A stretch of DNA of 32,000 bases from Kineococcus radiotolerans SRS30216 = ATCC BAA-149 (GTDB taxonomy: Bacteria; Actinomycetota; Actinomycetes; Actinomycetales; Kineococcaceae): contig NC_009664.2 in the NCBI RefSeq assembly GCF_000017305.1, positions 4,080,001-4,112,000 of the forward strand, read 5' to 3'. Shown here in pieces: positions 29,508 through 32,000 of the stretch; position 1 is the stretch's first letter; every line of letters begins with the position of its first letter. Below the pieces are notes generated by a model. The model saw only the letters and a list, made by a program, of their open reading frames with translations. It was not told the DNA's origin and did no database searches. The position numbers and the translations under genes were made by a program.

Positions 29508-29621
29508 GTGGGCGACCCCACGCCCTCGGGGGGATGGCGGCTGGCCCTCTACGGGCTGGTGATGGTCGTGGTCATCCTCGGCCTGGCCGCGGTCTCGACA
29601 TGGGCGCTCAACCGCGGCTGA
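29508..29621 (+). CDS. Candidate 37-aa single-pass membrane peptide (not in the supplied ORF track)
   Basis: GTG lies 1 nt after the fabG TGA (TGAgGTG). Translation is VGDPTPSGGWRLALYGLVMVVVILGLAAVSTWALNRG*. 35/37 codons end in G/C. It has one clear hydrophobic helix. The 3' end overlaps the convergent serB by 14 nt. Confidence 0.45.
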   Translation: MGDPTPSGGWRLALYGLVMVVVILGLAAVSTWALNRG

Positions 29622-30840
29622 GGTCCCCCGCGGGGGGTTCCCCCAGGTCCTGGTCCAGCAGGTCGGCCTCCTCGACGTCGTCGCGGGTGATGCCCAGCAG
29701 GGGCAGCACCGCGTCGAGGTAGGGGACGTTCAGCGCCGCGTCGGCCTGCTCGCGCACCACGGGCTTGGCGTTGAAGGCGATGCCCAGCCCGGCGGCGGCG
29801 ATCATGTCGAGGTCGTTGGCGCCGTCGCCGATCGCGACGGTCCGGTGCATCGGGAGCCCCTCCGCGGCGGCGAACTCCCGCAGCGCCGCCGCCTTCGCGG
29901 CGCGGTCCACGACGGGGCCCAGCAGCCGGCCGGTGAACGTGCCGTGCACGACCTGCAGCCGGTTGGCCCGCACGTGGGCGATGCCCAGCTCGGCGGCCAG
30001 CGGGCCCACGACCTCCAGGAACCCGCCCGAGACCAGGGCCAGGGTGAACCCGAGCCGGTGCAGGGTCCGGCACAGGGTCCGGGCGCCGGGGGTGAGGACG
30101 ACCGCCTCGCGCACGGCCTGGACGACGGAGACGTCCAGGCCCTCCAGGCAGGCCACCCGCTGGCGCAGCGACGCGGCGAAGTCGATCTCCCCGCGCATCG
30201 CCCGCTCGGTGACGGCGGCCACCTCGGCCTCGCGCCCGGCGTGGGCGGCGAGGAGCTCGATGACCTCCTGCTGGATGAGGGTGGAGTCCACGTCCATCAC
30301 CACCAGGCGCCGTCCCATCCGAGCCAGACCCGCGGGGGAGACCGCCGCGTCCAGGCCGTGGCGACCGGCCTCCACCGCCAGGGTGCGGCGCAGCGCGGTC
30401 AGCTCGGAGGGACCGCCGTGGGCGGAGACGTCGAGCTCGACGCTGGTCACCGGCTGCGCCGACATCCGCCGGATCCGGTCGACGTTGGCGCCGGCCTGGG
30501 CCAGCACGGTGGTGATGCGCGCGATGGCCGCGGGGACCAGCGGAGCCCCCAGCAGGGTGACGTGCAGCCGCCGGGGACGCGCCGCGCTCACCACGGGTTC
30601 GGGTGCGGTGCAGGTGGTCTCCAGGCCCTGCAACCCCGCGACCGTGCCCGGGGCGACGGCGGCCGCCACCGCCCCGGGCACCGGGTCGGTCACCAGCGCC
30701 GACAGCGTGAGGATGCCGCCGACCACGACCTGCTCCACGTCGAGGACGTGGCCCTCCGTCGCGGCGAGGGCGGCGAACAGCGCCGACGTCACCCCGGGCC
30801 GGTCGGGTCCGGTGACGGTCACGAGCACGCTGGCGGGCAC
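29608..30840 (-). CDS. serB: Phosphoserine phosphatase SerB (two N-terminal ACT domains plus HAD domain; SerB2-like)
   Basis: 410 aa with HAD motifs 'VVMDVDSTLIQQE', 'SGGF' and 'GDGANDLDM'. The N-terminal ACT-like repeats are 'VLVTVTGPDRPGVTSALFAAL' and 'LHVTLLGAPLVPAAIARITTVLA'. Confidence 0.92.
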   Translation of the reverse strand: MPASVLVTVTGPDRPGVTSALFAALAATEGHVLDVEQVVVGGILTLSALVTDPVPGAVAAAVAPGTVAGLQGLETTCTAPEPVVSAARPRRLHVTLLGAPLVPAAIARITTVLAQAGANVDRIRRMSAQPVTSVELDVSAHGGPSELTALRRTLAVEAGRHGLDAAVSPAGLARMGRRLVVMDVDSTLIQQEVIELLAAHAGREAEVAAVTERAMRGEIDFAASLRQRVACLEGLDVSVVQAVREAVVLTPGARTLCRTLHRLGFTLALVSGGFLEVVGPLAAELGIAHVRANRLQVVHGTFTGRLLGPVVDRAAKAAALREFAAAEGLPMHRTVAIGDGANDLDMIAAAGLGIAFNAKPVVREQADAALNVPYLDAVLPLLGITRDDVEEADLLDQDLGEPPAGDLSRG

Positions 30841-30847
30841 GCCCGGA

Positions 30848-30853
30848 ACCCTA
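30848..30853 (-). promoter_or_regulatory. -10 hexamer TAGGGT 7 nt upstream of the serB GTG (candidate leaderless promoter)
   Basis: The minus strand reads TAGGGT-TCCGGGC-GTG, inside the 36-bp LLM-serB spacer. Confidence 0.4.
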
Positions 30854-30876
30854 CCGGGCGTGCCCGTCGCGCCCGG

Positions 30877-31680
30877 TCAGGCGTTCTTGGCGTCGCGCCA
30901 GGCGATGACGTCGGCGAGGAAGCCCATGTCGTAGTCGGGTCCGCCGACGCCGACGGTGAACAGCCGGCCCCCGGCCGCGTGCAGGGCGTCGGCGGTCTCC
31001 GTCCCGTCCTTCGGCTCGATGCCGACCGAGCGCTCGATCTCCAGGGGGTCGCGGCCGATCTCGGCGCAGCGCTCGTCGAGGATCCCGCTCTTGCGGGTGA
31101 AGGTCTCCACGTCGCCGAAGGAGTGCCAGATGTCGGCGTGCTTGGCCACGATGCGCAGGGTCTTCTGCTCCCCGCCGCCGCCGATGAGGACCGGGATGTG
31201 GCGGGTGGGTGCGGGGTTGAGCTTCGCCAGCCGGCTCTCGATGCGCGGCAGGTCGTCGCGCAGCTTGTTCAACCGCCCGCCCGCGGTGCCGAACTCGTAG
31301 CCGTACTCGTCGTAGTCCTTCTCGAACCAGCCCGAGCCGATGCCCAGGACCAGCCGCCCGGTGCCGGTGTCGTGGGCCGAGACGTGGTCCACGGTGCGGG
31401 CCATGTCGGCCAGCAGCTCGGGGTTGCGGTAGGAGTTGCAGGACACCAGGGCGCCGATCTCGATCCGCGACGTCGCCTCGGCCCAGGCCGCCAGCATCGT
31501 CCACGCCTCGAAGTGCAGGCCCTCGGGGTCGCCGTAGAGGGGGTAGAAGTGGTCCCAGTTGAAGGCGATGTCGGCGCCCATCTCCTCCGCGCGCGCGGCC
31601 GCGGCCCGGATCGCCGGGTACTGCGCGTGCTGGGGCTGGATCTGGATGCCGATGCGCACCGGGCGCGGATCTGCGGTCAT
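30877..31680 (-). CDS. LLM-class (luciferase-like) F420-dependent oxidoreductase
   Basis: 267 aa with 'VRIGIQIQPQHAQY...', 'FNWDHF', 'LGIGSGWFEKDYDEYGYEF' and 'IPVLIGGGGEQKTLRIVAKHADIWH', typical of the short actinobacterial LLM/F420 family. F420 use is inferred by family resemblance only. Confidence 0.8.
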   Translation of the reverse strand: MTADPRPVRIGIQIQPQHAQYPAIRAAAARAEEMGADIAFNWDHFYPLYGDPEGLHFEAWTMLAAWAEATSRIEIGALVSCNSYRNPELLADMARTVDHVSAHDTGTGRLVLGIGSGWFEKDYDEYGYEFGTAGGRLNKLRDDLPRIESRLAKLNPAPTRHIPVLIGGGGEQKTLRIVAKHADIWHSFGDVETFTRKSGILDERCAEIGRDPLEIERSVGIEPKDGTETADALHAAGGRLFTVGVGGPDYDMGFLADVIAWRDAKNA

Positions 31681-31686
31681 GCCCCG

Positions 31687-31692
31687 ACCCTA
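31687..31692 (-). promoter_or_regulatory. -10 hexamer TAGGGT 6 nt upstream of the LLM oxidoreductase ATG (candidate leaderless promoter)
   Basis: The minus strand reads TAGGGT-CGGGGC-ATG, inside the 32-bp glgC-LLM spacer. Confidence 0.4.
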
Positions 31693-31712
31693 GATCGCGC
31701 CCGGCCGCACGA

Positions 31713-32000
31713 CTAGGTGGGGATCGTCTGCCCCTTGCCGACCACGGTGATGCCGGAGTCGGTGACGTGGAAACCCCGGGCCCGGTCCTCCTCCGGGTCC
31801 ACCCCGATGCGCGCGTCGTCGGGCACGGTGACGAACTTGTCGACGATGGCCCGCTGCACCACGGCGTGGCGCCCGACCTGCACCCCGTCCATGAGGACGG
31901 ACTCGCTGACGTGGGCCCAGGAGTCGAGCCGGACGTTGGGGGAGACCACCGACTTCTCCACCAGCGCCCCGGACACGACGGTGCCCTGGGAGACGATGGA
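31713..32000 (-). CDS. glgC: Glucose-1-phosphate adenylyltransferase, C-terminal fragment (gene continues beyond the window)
   Basis: The frame is open to the right window edge. 'SIVSQGTVVSGALVEKSVVSPNVRLDSWAHVSESVLMDGVQVGRHAVVQRAIVDKFVTVPDDARIG...GITVVGKG' is the left-handed beta-helix C-terminus of GlgC. Confidence 0.85.
   Translation of the reverse strand, partial: SIVSQGTVVSGALVEKSVVSPNVRLDSWAHVSESVLMDGVQVGRHAVVQRAIVDKFVTVPDDARIGVDPEEDRARGFHVTDSGITVVGKGQTIPT

Noticed and set aside
29534-29722. 62-aa plus-strand ORF after fabG
   Set aside because: It is Arg/Ser/Pro-rich and mostly antisense to serB. The different-frame 37-codon ORF at 29508..29621 has the coding signature instead.
29765-31716. 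389-aa and 623-aa plus-strand ORFs antisense to serB and the LLM oxidoreductase
   Set aside because: Shadow ORFs with no motifs.

Overview
This is a very GC-rich (by eye over 70%) stretch of Actinomycetota core chromosome, densely packed with housekeeping operons. I found no tRNA/rRNA, CRISPR, IS/transposase, integrase, phage or recognisable defence genes.

Gene order, left to right:
- rapZ-yvcK-whiA, then gap-pgk-tpiA, secG and rbpA.
- The pentose-phosphate operon tkt-tal-zwf-opcA-pgl on the minus strand.
- ctaB, then an ABC-2 exporter pair.
- sufR-sufB-sufD-sufC-sufT.
- A bioY-bioM-bioN ECF biotin transporter and an ABC-F ATPase.
- A small HTH protein and an atypical SDR.
- SURF1 preceded by a small Cys/His protein, then DUF3099.
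- fabG, serB, an F420-type LLM oxidoreductase and the 3' end of glgC.

The order resembles, from memory, the M. tuberculosis Rv1421-Rv1484 backbone.

I do not see a convincing novel multi-gene system. The items worth a second look are:
1. A recurrent TANNNT-N6-8-start-codon (leaderless) architecture at about 10 operon heads. It revises several longest-ORF starts.
2. A suf operon with no sufS/sufU.
3. A 103-aa basic low-complexity tail on OpcA.
4. A small CX4C...CX2HX2H protein translationally coupled to SURF1.
5. A 37-codon membrane ORF, absent from the supplied ORF track, coupled to fabG.
6. An SDR with no catalytic Tyr/Lys.
7. A G-quadruplex-prone tract and an AT-rich palindrome at the suf promoter.

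The many long Arg/Pro/Gly/Ala-rich ORFs in the six-frame track are shadow ORFs of a high-GC genome. Start codons and all regulatory calls are sequence-only inferences.
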